A stretch of DNA of 41,992 nt, from the NCBI GenBank assembly GCA_018304175.1, contig JAGVWT010000008.1, forward strand, positions 1 to 41,992, given 5' to 3'. Of the stretch, positions 17,852 through 27,489 are shown piece after piece. Source of the stretch: Candidatus Pacearchaeota archaeon. Lineage in GTDB: Archaea > Nanobdellota > Nanobdellia > Pacearchaeales > GW2011-AR1. Made by a program: the position numbers and the translations under genes. Every line of letters begins with the position of its first letter. Position 1 is the first letter of the stretch. The notes under the pieces are model-generated. The model was given only the letters and a program-made list of their open reading frames with translations. It had not been told where the DNA came from and searched no databases.

Positions 17852-18253
17852 ATGCCACACCAATGTGTTAGATGTTCAAAAATAATTCCTGTAGGGAGCA
17901 AGGAAATCTTAGAAGGATGTGATAACTGCAAAGGACATTTCTTTTTTTACATAAAAGATGAGCACTTGAAGAAAATTCAGGAAAACAAAGCCGAGGCAGA
18001 AATTAGTCCTGTTAGCCTGCCGAAAGAAGAAAAAACTAAAATAGAAAAAGAAATAAGGGAAATCGCTGGAATGCCTAATGAGGAGATTCCTATAATATTA
18101 GACATTGAATCAATAAACGTAACTGCTCCCGGAAAATATGAGATTGATATTGTGAATTTATTCAGGCGAGATCGGCCACTGATTTATAAAATTGAAGAAG
18201 GAAAATATATAATTGATTTAAGTTCTTTGTCGATGAAAGATTTGAAAGAATGA
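17852..18253 (+). CDS. oapC: OapC/DUF2072 zinc-ribbon protein
   Basis: MPHQCVRC...EILEGCDNCKGHFFFY...ESINVTAPGKYEIDIVNLF...EEGKYIIDL. Confidence 0.85.
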   Translation: MPHQCVRCSKIIPVGSKEILEGCDNCKGHFFFYIKDEHLKKIQENKAEAEISPVSLPKEEKTKIEKEIREIAGMPNEEIPIILDIESINVTAPGKYEIDIVNLFRRDRPLIYKIEEGKYIIDLSSLSMKDLKE

Positions 18254-18346
18254 TAATAATACTTGGACTTTCATGCTCACTGTTGAGGAAGTTTTTTCTC
18301 AGTATAAAAACATTAATAATATAAATCCTTTTTGGTATTTTGATTT

Positions 18347-19618
18347 ATGAATACAAAAAAAACCAATTCTATCTTGAAGGAAGTTTTAAGTGAAGCTAAG
18401 CCAAATAAAAATGAAATAAAAGAAATTGCAAATAGGTTTAAAGACTTCAAAGTAAAACTCTTGGAAAAAATAAAGAAATTAAAAGTGCATGTAGAGATTT
18501 TTGTTGGGGGGAGTTTTGCTAAAAAGACTTTGATAAGAAAAAAAGAATATGATGTTGATGTATTCTTGAGATTTGACAAAAGACACAGGAAAGAAATCTC
18601 TGAGCTAACAGAGAAAATTCTTAATGGATTTAATAAAACAAAAATCCACGGCTCTAGAGATTATTTCATGATAAAATTAGGGAAGAATATTATTTTTGAG
18701 GTAATTCCTGTATTAAAAATAAAAAATCCAAAAGAAGCTGAGAACATAACTGATTTGTCATACTTTCATGTTAATTATGTTAGAAAAAAAGTCAATCCAA
18801 AGGTTATTGATGAGATAATAATTGCAAAAACATTCTGCCATGCTAACGGGTTCTATGGGGCAGAGTCCTACATAAAAGGTTTCTCTGGCTACGGTCTTGA
18901 ATTATTAATTCATCACTACGGAAGTTTTCTTAAATTCATAAAAACAATAGCAAAAACAGAAGACAAATTAATTATTGACACTGAAAAACATTTCAAAAAC
19001 AAACAGGAAATAATGATGGATTTAAATACTGCGAAATTAGCCTCACCAATAGTTTTGATTGACCCTACATTCAAGCAAAGAAATGCCCTTGCAGCTTTAT
19101 CATATGAGACTTTTAAAGAATTCAGGAAAAAATGCAAAAACTTTCTGAAAAATCCAGGAAAGCATTTTTTCGAAAAAAAAGAAATTGACTTTGACAAAAT
19201 AAGAAAAAATGCCTTAAAAGGAAAAAATGAATTCCTAAACATTAAGACAAAAACAGAAAAGCAGGAAGGAGATATAGCCGGAAGCAAACTGCTTAAATTC
19301 TACAACTTCCTTGAAAAAGAAATATCAAAGTTTTTCCAAATAAGAAATAAAGGCTTTGTCTATGAAGGAGGAAAAACAGCGAAGTATTTTTTTGTCGTCA
19401 AAAAGAAGAAAGAAATTGTTTTTCATGGACCTATGTTAACAGACAAGAAAAATGTTGAAAGATTCAGGAAAAAACACAAAAAAACTTTCAATAAAGGCAA
19501 AAGAATTTATGCTGAAGAAAAATTTAACTTAACACTGAAAAAATTCCTTCAAAACTGGAAAATTCACAACAAGAAAAGAATGCAAGAGATGAGTGTTGAG
19601 ATTTTTGATATAATCTGA
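18347..19618 (+). CDS. cca: class I (archaeal) CCA-adding enzyme
   Basis: GGSFAKKT...DVDVF, YGAESYIKGFSGYGLELL, IDPT...RNALAALS. Confidence 0.93.
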   Translation: MNTKKTNSILKEVLSEAKPNKNEIKEIANRFKDFKVKLLEKIKKLKVHVEIFVGGSFAKKTLIRKKEYDVDVFLRFDKRHRKEISELTEKILNGFNKTKIHGSRDYFMIKLGKNIIFEVIPVLKIKNPKEAENITDLSYFHVNYVRKKVNPKVIDEIIIAKTFCHANGFYGAESYIKGFSGYGLELLIHHYGSFLKFIKTIAKTEDKLIIDTEKHFKNKQEIMMDLNTAKLASPIVLIDPTFKQRNALAALSYETFKEFRKKCKNFLKNPGKHFFEKKEIDFDKIRKNALKGKNEFLNIKTKTEKQEGDIAGSKLLKFYNFLEKEISKFFQIRNKGFVYEGGKTAKYFFVVKKKKEIVFHGPMLTDKKNVERFRKKHKKTFNKGKRIYAEEKFNLTLKKFLQNWKIHNKKRMQEMSVEIFDII

Positions 19619-19620
19619 TA

Positions 19621-20019
19621 TTATAAGTGAGCAGGAACGTCAAGAGATATCCTTTCCATTTTAGGGGGATTTAAAGATAATAAAGCATCATAAGAATACA
19701 CCACATGGGAGAACCTTGCCCCATACTTTATAGAACTTGGATTGCAACCAACCAATTTAATTATCTCCATTAAAACTTTGTCTTTGTATTTCTGTTTTGA
19801 TGCCGCAAGATAATCTTCTAGATTCTTTGTTTTTAGATAGACGGTATATTGCCTAAATCCTTTAATGGTATTTCCATCTTCCAACTCGATTGTTTTATTT
19901 ACCAACAAAGATTTTGGATTTTGAGAATTAAATCCATGTTCAAAATAGTCAGAATTATTAACTTTTTTTATTATCTCTTCCAAAGAAACATCTCGAAAAC
20001 TCTCAAATGTTTTCACCAT
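19621..20019 (-). CDS. hypothetical protein
   Basis: 132-aa ORF packed 1 nt from its neighbours; no recognised motif. Confidence 0.6.
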   Translation of the reverse strand: MVKTFESFRDVSLEEIIKKVNNSDYFEHGFNSQNPKSLLVNKTIELEDGNTIKGFRQYTVYLKTKNLEDYLAASKQKYKDKVLMEIIKLVGCNPSSIKYGARFSHVVYSYDALLSLNPPKMERISLDVPAHL

Positions 20020-20020
20020 T

Positions 20021-20335
20021 TTAATTCTCTGCTATGAATTTCTTCATTTCTTCTAATGTATGATAAGTTCCAGTTCTGTTTACTTCAGCAAATACTCTTT
20101 CTATGTATCCTTGGTTTACGGCATCTTCTAAAAATAATTGAGCATCTTCTTTACTACTTGGATACATTGCATTTGGCCATAAACCATTTGGATTCAAACC
20201 GGCACCATTTCTACCAAACCAATAAACCATCCCTGCTGACAAATATCTTTCTGAATTTCCTTTCTTGTGTAATTCCAACATTGCCTCAAGAGTATTTCTA
20301 AATCCTTCAATTGTTGGAGATTTATTCTCTACCAT
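20021..20335 (-). CDS. hypothetical protein
   Basis: Start placed at the ATG just after the trmB stop (MVENKSP...); no recognised motif. Confidence 0.55.
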   Translation of the reverse strand: MVENKSPTIEGFRNTLEAMLELHKKGNSERYLSAGMVYWFGRNGAGLNPNGLWPNAMYPSSKEDAQLFLEDAVNQGYIERVFAEVNRTGTYHTLEEMKKFIAEN

Positions 20336-20336
20336 T

Positions 20337-21122
20337 TCATTTCCCATTAATGTTTTTAATTGCCTTGTCAAACATTGCCGCGAAAGCTCCTGAGAAAAAC
20401 TCAGAGTTAAGCCATATTGCAGTGTCTTCATCAGCTGCTTTTGATAAGTAGAAAAGAATTTCTTTCCTGTCTACTATGAAGAATTTAGCGTGTATGTTAA
20501 CTTTCCTGAATTTCATGTCGAATTTCTTTTCAGCATGCCTTATCAACTTCTCATCTCCAGAAAGAGCGATTTTCAGCTTAACATTTGATTTCTTTAAGGC
20601 TAAAAAAGTTTGATGGAAAAGTTTTGCCTTGGAAATTATTTCCTCAACATTTGTGCATATTATTACTTCTTCCTTTGCGTGGTTTATTATATCCCTTATG
20701 TGGTTTGAAATGTTTGACCTTCCTTTCAATGCAACAGTTATGTCTTCTTTCTTTACTGGCTGTAAACCTTGAATGTAAAGACTTTCAAGATTTTCAAATT
20801 CACTTGTGTTTTTTATCTGTGATATTTCAACGATTTTTTCCTCTGCTCTTGTTCTTACATTGTTCTTTAATTTTTCAAGAATCATTTTTGGCTTCACACC
20901 AATGTACTTAACAGGTTTTCCTATCTTAACAATAGCGAAGCCTCTCTTTTCTAAAGATTCCAAAACATCGTAAGTTCTACTTCTTGGCACACCTGAACCT
21001 GATGCAATCTCGCTTGCTGAAGCTACTCCTCTCTTTAATAATGCAAGCCATACTTTTGTTTCGTAAATATTCAAATCAAAATAATCCTTTACTTTCTTAA
21101 CTAAATCCTGTTCAACTAACAT
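20337..21122 (-). CDS. trmB: TrmB-family transcriptional regulator
   Basis: LNIYETKVWLALL...ASEIASGSGVPRSRTYDVLESLEKRGF...GKPVKY; C-terminal HAKFFIVDRKE; GGAG RBS. Confidence 0.92.
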   Translation of the reverse strand: MLVEQDLVKKVKDYFDLNIYETKVWLALLKRGVASASEIASGSGVPRSRTYDVLESLEKRGFAIVKIGKPVKYIGVKPKMILEKLKNNVRTRAEEKIVEISQIKNTSEFENLESLYIQGLQPVKKEDITVALKGRSNISNHIRDIINHAKEEVIICTNVEEIISKAKLFHQTFLALKKSNVKLKIALSGDEKLIRHAEKKFDMKFRKVNIHAKFFIVDRKEILFYLSKAADEDTAIWLNSEFFSGAFAAMFDKAIKNINGK

Positions 21123-21173
21123 AAACCCCACACAAACTCCTGATTTATAAATCTTGTGGTTTTGTTACTTTTT

Positions 21174-22088
21174 TTAAGTGAGAACTAAATAACTTAAAGC
21201 AATGCCGAGGAAAATTCCTGTAGAGATGAAAGGCATTGCAGGGTAGAACTTCTTTTTTTCCGAGAAAAACAACAAATAAGCAAGCCCAATAGTTGCGCCA
21301 ATTGCAACAAACAATGCAGAGTAAATACCAAGTGTTTTTAACATAACTCCTGCAGCAATTATTGGGAATACAACATCTCCTCCGCCAAGAATTGCAACAT
21401 TAACTTTTATTTTCTTTTTCCTCAATTGAGCAGGCTTCATTTTACTAAGCTTTAATTTCATGTTCTTTGGGATATAAGAAACAAAAAATCCAGAGAAAAT
21501 ATTCAACTTTTTAATTTGATATTTAGCCATTTTCTGCATTATTCCAGAATGCCAGACAGCCCAAATATCATAAACCGAAATCAAAACAAGTAAAGCAACA
21601 ACAGTATAAACATTAAGAATTTGTACGAAAATCGCGGCTATTCCAGGGTAAATGAAAATTTCGGTTAGGTTATGAACTAGAAAATTTCTCTTGAAAATTT
21701 TTACATAAGCCAGAACTAAAGCAAGAAGAGAAATAAAAATCCAGGTAACTGAAACTTCTAATATGTTAAAATTAAAAGGTAAAAATTTTGGAATGAAGGA
21801 ATTAAATGAAATCATTAGTGCAATTGTTACCACAATAAAAAACCAAGCTTTCAAAATAAAAGCAAAATTTAATTTGCTCAAAAGTAGCATGAGAATTACT
21901 GCTATTACAAACGCAAATAAAAGATAAACTAATGCCACATTATATTGCCCTGTTTCCTCAATTTCATGAGTTTCAAAACCCAACGGCAATTCATTGTTAA
22001 TGTAATGATTAACAACATAAATTCCTAAGAATTGAGTTATAAGAAACATTCCTAGAATAATTAAAGTTATTTTTGTATTGTGTTTCAT
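21174..22088 (-). CDS. presenilin/SPP-like GxGD intramembrane aspartyl protease (A22)
   Basis: SVYDIWAVW (YD), LGGGD (GxGD) and PAMPF (PAL-like) motifs in a multi-TM protein. Confidence 0.9.
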   Translation of the reverse strand: MKHNTKITLIILGMFLITQFLGIYVVNHYINNELPLGFETHEIEETGQYNVALVYLLFAFVIAVILMLLLSKLNFAFILKAWFFIVVTIALMISFNSFIPKFLPFNFNILEVSVTWIFISLLALVLAYVKIFKRNFLVHNLTEIFIYPGIAAIFVQILNVYTVVALLVLISVYDIWAVWHSGIMQKMAKYQIKKLNIFSGFFVSYIPKNMKLKLSKMKPAQLRKKKIKVNVAILGGGDVVFPIIAAGVMLKTLGIYSALFVAIGATIGLAYLLFFSEKKKFYPAMPFISTGIFLGIALSYLVLT

Positions 22089-22285
22089 ATTAATTTTTTC
22101 AATAAATTTTCGTTGAAGTACAAGATTGCAACTCCTATAATAATGGAAGCAACATAACTAATGAAATGATTTCCTGGAAAAAGGTAGACATCCATTAAAC
22201 CCCACACTCCGCGCCAAAAAGAAATTATTGCAAATGCAATCAAAAGTGTCAATAAAACCTCCCTTAAGTGTTTTTTCCAATTCAT
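22085..22285 (-). CDS. 66-aa two-TM membrane protein
   Basis: Two hydrophobic helices around FWRGVWGLMDVYLFP; 4-nt overlap with the protease gene. Confidence 0.75.
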   Translation of the reverse strand: MNWKKHLREVLLTLLIAFAIISFWRGVWGLMDVYLFPGNHFISYVASIIIGVAILYFNENLLKKLI

Positions 22286-22329
22286 AAATTAAAGTATGAA
22301 AACAAGTTTTTAAGTTTTGGGAAAGGAAA

Positions 22330-24213
22330 CTATCTTAAATTTATTGTCTCGAGAAGACGTGGAACATTCGTCTCCATTCTGTTAATTCTGTATATTGAAG
22401 AAGCCAAATCAAGGCATTTTGAAACTTCACCATGCATAACCATAACCTTCCTCGGTTTTGGATTTATTTTTTTGAAAAAAGCCATTAATTCGTTTCTTCC
22501 TGCATGTGCAGTTAAACCTTTTGAAGTATGGACTTCCATATTTACTTTAACAAACTCATCTTTTCCGTCGGTATTTAACCTTATATCTTTTGCTCCGTCC
22601 TGAACTTGCCTTCCGAGACTTCCTGAACCTTGATAACAAACAAAAATAAGTGAATTTTTTTCGTTAACTGCAAATTCTTTGAAATACTCAACACTTGCTC
22701 CTCCTGCAAGCATTCCTGAAGTAGCAAGAACCACGCAAGGGCCCCCTTCAATGACATTTTTCCTTTCTTCAGACGAACCGACACGGGAAAAAATTTCAGA
22801 TGTAAATGGATTTTTATCTTGAAATGTAAGAGCCCTTAACTTGTTGTTTAAAAAGTCAGGATATGCTGTGTGAATTGCGTTAATGTCCCATATCATTCCG
22901 TCAATATAAACAGGAATTTTTTTCATCCTTCCGCGCTTTATGGCATCTTCAATTATAAGCATTGTTTCTTGGGCTCTTCCCAAACCTAATTCAGGGATTA
23001 ACACTTTGCCTCCGCGTTCAATTGTCATGTTCGTCAAATCAATGAACTTTTCTTCTGCTTCCCTTCTTGGAGGAAGAACATCTTCTTTTGCACCATATGT
23101 TGATTCAGTTATAACAGACTCCAATCTTGGAAAATATATTGTAGCCGGTTCTAAAAGTCTAGTACGCATAAATTTGTAATCTCCTGTGTAAAGAAGGTTG
23201 TGCGAACCATTTCCTATATTTATATGAACCATTGCGCTTCCTAAAACATGCCCTGCATTGTAAAAAGTTATTCTAATGTCAGAAGTGACGTCGGTAACTT
23301 CATTATAGTTTAGGCAAATGCTATGCTTTACCATTTCCTTTATGTCTGTCGAACTATACAAAGGTTTTTCAGCCTGTTTGTAAGCCACACCAATAAAATC
23401 CAAAGCTAACAAAGATGAAATATCTCTCGTCGGCAAAGTCATGTAAACAGGACCTTTGTATCCCATTTTGTATAAAAAAGGGACCATCCCTACATGGTCA
23501 ATGTGGGCGTGACTAATAATTACCGCATCAAGTTGATTTATATCAAATTCTGGAATATTAAAAATTGGAAACTTGTCTTCTCCTTGTGAAGAAACATCAA
23601 TCCCACAATCAAGAAGCACCTTTGAATTTGGAGTCTGTAAGAGAACACAGCTTCTTCCAACTTGCCTTGCCGCCCCCAAAAAAGTGAGCCTAATCCATTC
23701 GTCTGTTCTTTTTGGATCCCAATCTTCGTAAATTTTTTTTCCGACAGAATTCAAAAATCTGCGTCGGTAATTGTTGTTGGCGTACAAAACCTCCCTGATA
23801 TTTTCAACTATCTTGCTTTTTATTGCAGGGCTTCTCTGCACTTGAGGTGACCAAAAAGTCTTGTGTTTCAGCTCATCCAAAATGATTCCCCTTTTTCCTA
23901 TAACCATTCCTGGTTTTTTCGCCTCAATTATCACAATACTTCTATAGTTGTCAAAAATTATGTTTGTTATTTCTGCTTCTTCTGGAATAGATTTTCTTAT
24001 TTCCTTTTCAGTCTCTTCAGCATCTTTCAAAATTTTCTTGTCAGCCCTTAATTCAATTCTCTTTTTTATTTCATTGACTATTTCTTTGATTTTTCCAGAA
24101 CCTCTTCTAAAAAACTCAGCGTCGTCTGTGTAAAGAACAACATTTGCTCCTTCAAAACTTGCTTCTGTTATTTTTCCCTTAAGTCTATCAGTTATATTCT
24201 TTAGAAGTTCCAT
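22330..24213 (-). CDS. fttA: aCPSF1/FttA beta-CASP ribonuclease with N-terminal KH region
   Basis: KH GxxG (GMVIGKRG), GAARQVGRSC, HAHIDH, AGHVLGSA, ESTYG, AHAGRNEL; adjacent to psmB. Confidence 0.93.
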   Translation of the reverse strand: MELLKNITDRLKGKITEASFEGANVVLYTDDAEFFRRGSGKIKEIVNEIKKRIELRADKKILKDAEETEKEIRKSIPEEAEITNIIFDNYRSIVIIEAKKPGMVIGKRGIILDELKHKTFWSPQVQRSPAIKSKIVENIREVLYANNNYRRRFLNSVGKKIYEDWDPKRTDEWIRLTFLGAARQVGRSCVLLQTPNSKVLLDCGIDVSSQGEDKFPIFNIPEFDINQLDAVIISHAHIDHVGMVPFLYKMGYKGPVYMTLPTRDISSLLALDFIGVAYKQAEKPLYSSTDIKEMVKHSICLNYNEVTDVTSDIRITFYNAGHVLGSAMVHINIGNGSHNLLYTGDYKFMRTRLLEPATIYFPRLESVITESTYGAKEDVLPPRREAEEKFIDLTNMTIERGGKVLIPELGLGRAQETMLIIEDAIKRGRMKKIPVYIDGMIWDINAIHTAYPDFLNNKLRALTFQDKNPFTSEIFSRVGSSEERKNVIEGGPCVVLATSGMLAGGASVEYFKEFAVNEKNSLIFVCYQGSGSLGRQVQDGAKDIRLNTDGKDEFVKVNMEVHTSKGLTAHAGRNELMAFFKKINPKPRKVMVMHGEVSKCLDLASSIYRINRMETNVPRLLETINLR

Positions 24214-24260
24214 GTTAAAAATTCAAATAAACAATTCACTAATTTTATGCAAAACTATTT

Positions 24261-24962
24261 TTACTTTTTATCATCCTTAAAGCCGTCTGTTCTTGGACTA
24301 GCTTTTTTGTCCTTGTACTCTGGAAAGATTTCCTGTTCAATAACATGATTTATTCCATTTTTTGTTATTGTAAAAACATCAATTCCATTTCCACTTCCTA
24401 TATCTCTTTGAGTGGAAGATTTTATCGCTTCAACAGCCAACTTAACTCCTTCATCAACACTCATATCCTTTTTATATTGCCTCTCCAAAAGTCCTAGAAC
24501 AAAAGGCATACCACTCCCAAAGTTAGCGTCGTAATCTTCTACTTTCATCGCAGTTCCTGCAGGTTCAATTGTGTATAGCTCTGTAGTCCCATTCTCATTG
24601 AAGCCGCCAAGAAGAGATCCAACTATTGAGGCAATCATTGAAGGCTGTCTTATATTTTGATAAGTCATTGTCCCAATCAAATTTGCAGCTTCTCTAACTG
24701 TTGGTCTTGAGCGAGATTTTAACTCTTTTAATCTTAACTGAGCAGATATAATTTTTTTCTGCATCTCTATGTCTGAAGCATTTCCCGTTCCAGAAATGAC
24801 CAAGTAATCATTTATTTTAACAGCTTTCTGAACATTTTTATTCATAATTAAATTTCCTGCAGTGCTTCTTCTATCAGAAGCCATTACAACTCCGTCTTTG
24901 CATACTATTCCAAGAATAGTTGTTCCTGTTTTCAAAATTGAGTTCTTTAATTCTTGATCCAT
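24261..24962 (-). CDS. psmB: proteasome beta subunit
   Basis: Propeptide ...LKTG/TTILGIVCKDGVVMASDRRSTAG, GSG motif, RDIGSG. Confidence 0.96.
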   Translation of the reverse strand: MDQELKNSILKTGTTILGIVCKDGVVMASDRRSTAGNLIMNKNVQKAVKINDYLVISGTGNASDIEMQKKIISAQLRLKELKSRSRPTVREAANLIGTMTYQNIRQPSMIASIVGSLLGGFNENGTTELYTIEPAGTAMKVEDYDANFGSGMPFVLGLLERQYKKDMSVDEGVKLAVEAIKSSTQRDIGSGNGIDVFTITKNGINHVIEQEIFPEYKDKKASPRTDGFKDDKK

Positions 24963-25095
24963 TTTCTTTCTTTAATTTTATCTTAAATAATGAGTAAAAG
25001 CTTTAGAACCTATAATTATTGTTAATAATAGTATTTTATAAATGTTTTGGTTAAAAAAGAAAAGTGTTAAAAACATCAATTTTCTAGATAATAAG

Positions 25096-25443
25096 ATGAA
25101 TACAAATCGCGTTGCAGTGGGATTAACTGCACTTGTATTATTTTTTCCTATTAAGGGAAAAGCTGAAGATTATCTGGCTTTAGATGGAAAATTATACATA
25201 TCAGCAAGGGAAAACCAAGAAAAAACTATAAATAAAAATAGTTATGAAGATTTGGAGGAAAGATTAAAGGGAATTTTAGAAAATCGTTTGAATTTAAAAT
25301 TAAATTCTGATGATAGGTTGAATATTTATAGCGACGGTATTGGTGGGAATATGAAAGGTCTTGGGATGGAAAACTCAACATGGAGATTAAATGTTGAAAG
25401 CGGTAATGAGATTATTTTTAGATATAAATTAAAAATGAACTAA
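25096..25443 (+). CDS. hypothetical secreted or membrane orphan protein
   Basis: Hydrophobic N-terminus (VAVGLTALVLFFPI); own TATA-like box about 22 nt before ATG 25096. Confidence 0.55.
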   Translation: MNTNRVAVGLTALVLFFPIKGKAEDYLALDGKLYISARENQEKTINKNSYEDLEERLKGILENRLNLKLNSDDRLNIYSDGIGGNMKGLGMENSTWRLNVESGNEIIFRYKLKMN

Positions 25444-27488
25444 AACTCGACTTTTGAGATTCCATTTTCTTTCTTGAATTTTATTATGTTCTCGACAAAT
25501 GCCTCTATTTTTTGCTCGTGACTTACAATTATCAATTGTTTTATGTTAAGCTGATTTAAAACATCGCGCATTTTATCAAGTTGCTTATCGCTGAAGCCAT
25601 CTGTCGGCTCGTCTAAAATAACTACGTCTTTCGTTTTTATCTTACTTAGAAGGGAATTTATAACTTGATTCAGTGCTAATCTGTAAGCCAGGGCTATTGC
25701 AGTTCTTTCACCTCCTGACATGTAATTGTAATCCAACTCGTAATCCTGCTGTTCAATTACAGGAGTAAAATCGTCGCTAACCCTTACATTGAAAGTCTCT
25801 GAAACGAGCATTCCAAACCACTGAGAAAAAAATTTGGAAAACTCCATCCTTAATTTAATCATCACATTTTTTTCAATTATAGAAATCAAAACAGAAAAAT
25901 TCTGAGAAAGCCAATTTTCAACTTCTGAAATATAATTAATCTGACTTTGAATTTTTTCAGTTTCTTTTATTTTTTCCTTCAGTTCTTCAACTTGCCTTGA
26001 GAAAAAATCTATTTCCTTTTTTAATTCTGCAACTTTTATCTCAGCAAACCTTTCCATCTTCAAAGCTGCTTCAAGCTGAATGTTTTTTTCTTCAAATTCA
26101 ATCCCAAATTTCTTGTAGTCTAAAAAAGATTTTCCTAGTGAAAGAAGCAAATTTTCAGATGTTTCCACTTCTTTTTTTATATTTTCATTAATTTGTTCAA
26201 GTTCTTCAATATGCGATATTTTGTCCTTAACCTCTTCATTTTTCAGTTTTAATATTCTCATTTCCTGTATATTTCTCTCAAGTTCTGCTACCTCTCTGTT
26301 AAAGATTTTTAGTTTGTCTGATAAGTTCTTTTTTGAATCTTCAAGCTCAGCGATTTTTTTATTATCTTCATGTAGTTCATAGTTTAGCTTTTTTATTATG
26401 TTATCTTTGTAATTATCACGCACTTCCTGCAAACATGTTGGGCAAACATAAATCTCAGATATTTTCGATTTTAATAAGGAGTTTTCGGTATTTTTTTTGT
26501 TTAGCAAACTAACTTCTGATAAGATTGATATTATTTCGTTGTTCATTCCTTCTTTCTCTATTTTTTTTGCCCCAATTTTTCCTTCTAAGATAATCATTTC
26601 TGATTCTGAAAAACTCTTTTCCTGTACTTCTTTTATTTGCTCTTTAAGCTTGTTAATAATTTTTTGATTGTTGTTAAAAGACTCCATTTTTCCAGAAATA
26701 ATTATCTTATTTTTTTCAATATCTTGGTATATTTTTTTTCCTTCTTCAACTTTTTCAAGGATTCTTTCCCTTTCTTCACGTATTTTATTTCTTTCTTCCT
26801 GCCTTGTAAAAAATTCCTTTTCAATAGAAGTTAAATTGTAATGTTTTGCCTCAAGCTCATTTTCTTTCTTGTTTAAAAGAAGTTTTTGTTCGTCAATGTT
26901 CGAGATTATTCCTTCTTTTATCCTTTTCTCTTCCCTCAACTTTGAAGTGAGAAGTGCAATATTATTAAGTATTGTTTTGTATCTATCTATTCCAAAAACA
27001 TGTCTTAAAGTATTTACCCTTGTTTCAGAGTCTTGAAGAATTATTTGTTTCATCTCTTCTTGAGGAGTATAAACTGTGAACTTGTAAAGTAAATTTTGTT
27101 TTTTTGAAAACTCTTCTGGATAGTTTAACAAATCTAATATTATATTTTTTAATTCCATGACTGAAATTTCTTTTTTCCCTCCATCAATTGTTATAGAGCA
27201 ATAATCCTGGGAAATTGCCTTGTTTTTTTTCAACGTCCTTTCAACAGTTATTTCTCTTCCATCAACTTCAAAATCCATCTCAACTCCTCCGAAAAGCGTG
27301 CCGTTCCTTAACAAAGAAGAACCCCTTTGTGTTGGTTGCAAGCCAAATAATGCGAATTCTATAGCAAGAAGTATAGAGGTTTTTCCTGAACCAATGTCTC
27401 CTGAAAGCAAGGTTGATCCAACTGGAAAAGTTATTTCTTGATTTTCATAACTCCTTATATTGTTTAGTTTAATTTTTTTCAGGAGCAT
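25440..27488 (-). CDS. rad50: Rad50 ATPase
   Basis: Walker A GDIGSGKTS, zinc hook CPTC, signature MSGGE, Walker B ILDEPT, SH switch. Confidence 0.92.
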   Translation of the reverse strand: MLLKKIKLNNIRSYENQEITFPVGSTLLSGDIGSGKTSILLAIEFALFGLQPTQRGSSLLRNGTLFGGVEMDFEVDGREITVERTLKKNKAISQDYCSITIDGGKKEISVMELKNIILDLLNYPEEFSKKQNLLYKFTVYTPQEEMKQIILQDSETRVNTLRHVFGIDRYKTILNNIALLTSKLREEKRIKEGIISNIDEQKLLLNKKENELEAKHYNLTSIEKEFFTRQEERNKIREERERILEKVEEGKKIYQDIEKNKIIISGKMESFNNNQKIINKLKEQIKEVQEKSFSESEMIILEGKIGAKKIEKEGMNNEIISILSEVSLLNKKNTENSLLKSKISEIYVCPTCLQEVRDNYKDNIIKKLNYELHEDNKKIAELEDSKKNLSDKLKIFNREVAELERNIQEMRILKLKNEEVKDKISHIEELEQINENIKKEVETSENLLLSLGKSFLDYKKFGIEFEEKNIQLEAALKMERFAEIKVAELKKEIDFFSRQVEELKEKIKETEKIQSQINYISEVENWLSQNFSVLISIIEKNVMIKLRMEFSKFFSQWFGMLVSETFNVRVSDDFTPVIEQQDYELDYNYMSGGERTAIALAYRLALNQVINSLLSKIKTKDVVILDEPTDGFSDKQLDKMRDVLNQLNIKQLIIVSHEQKIEAFVENIIKFKKENGISKVEF

Positions 27489-27489
27489 T

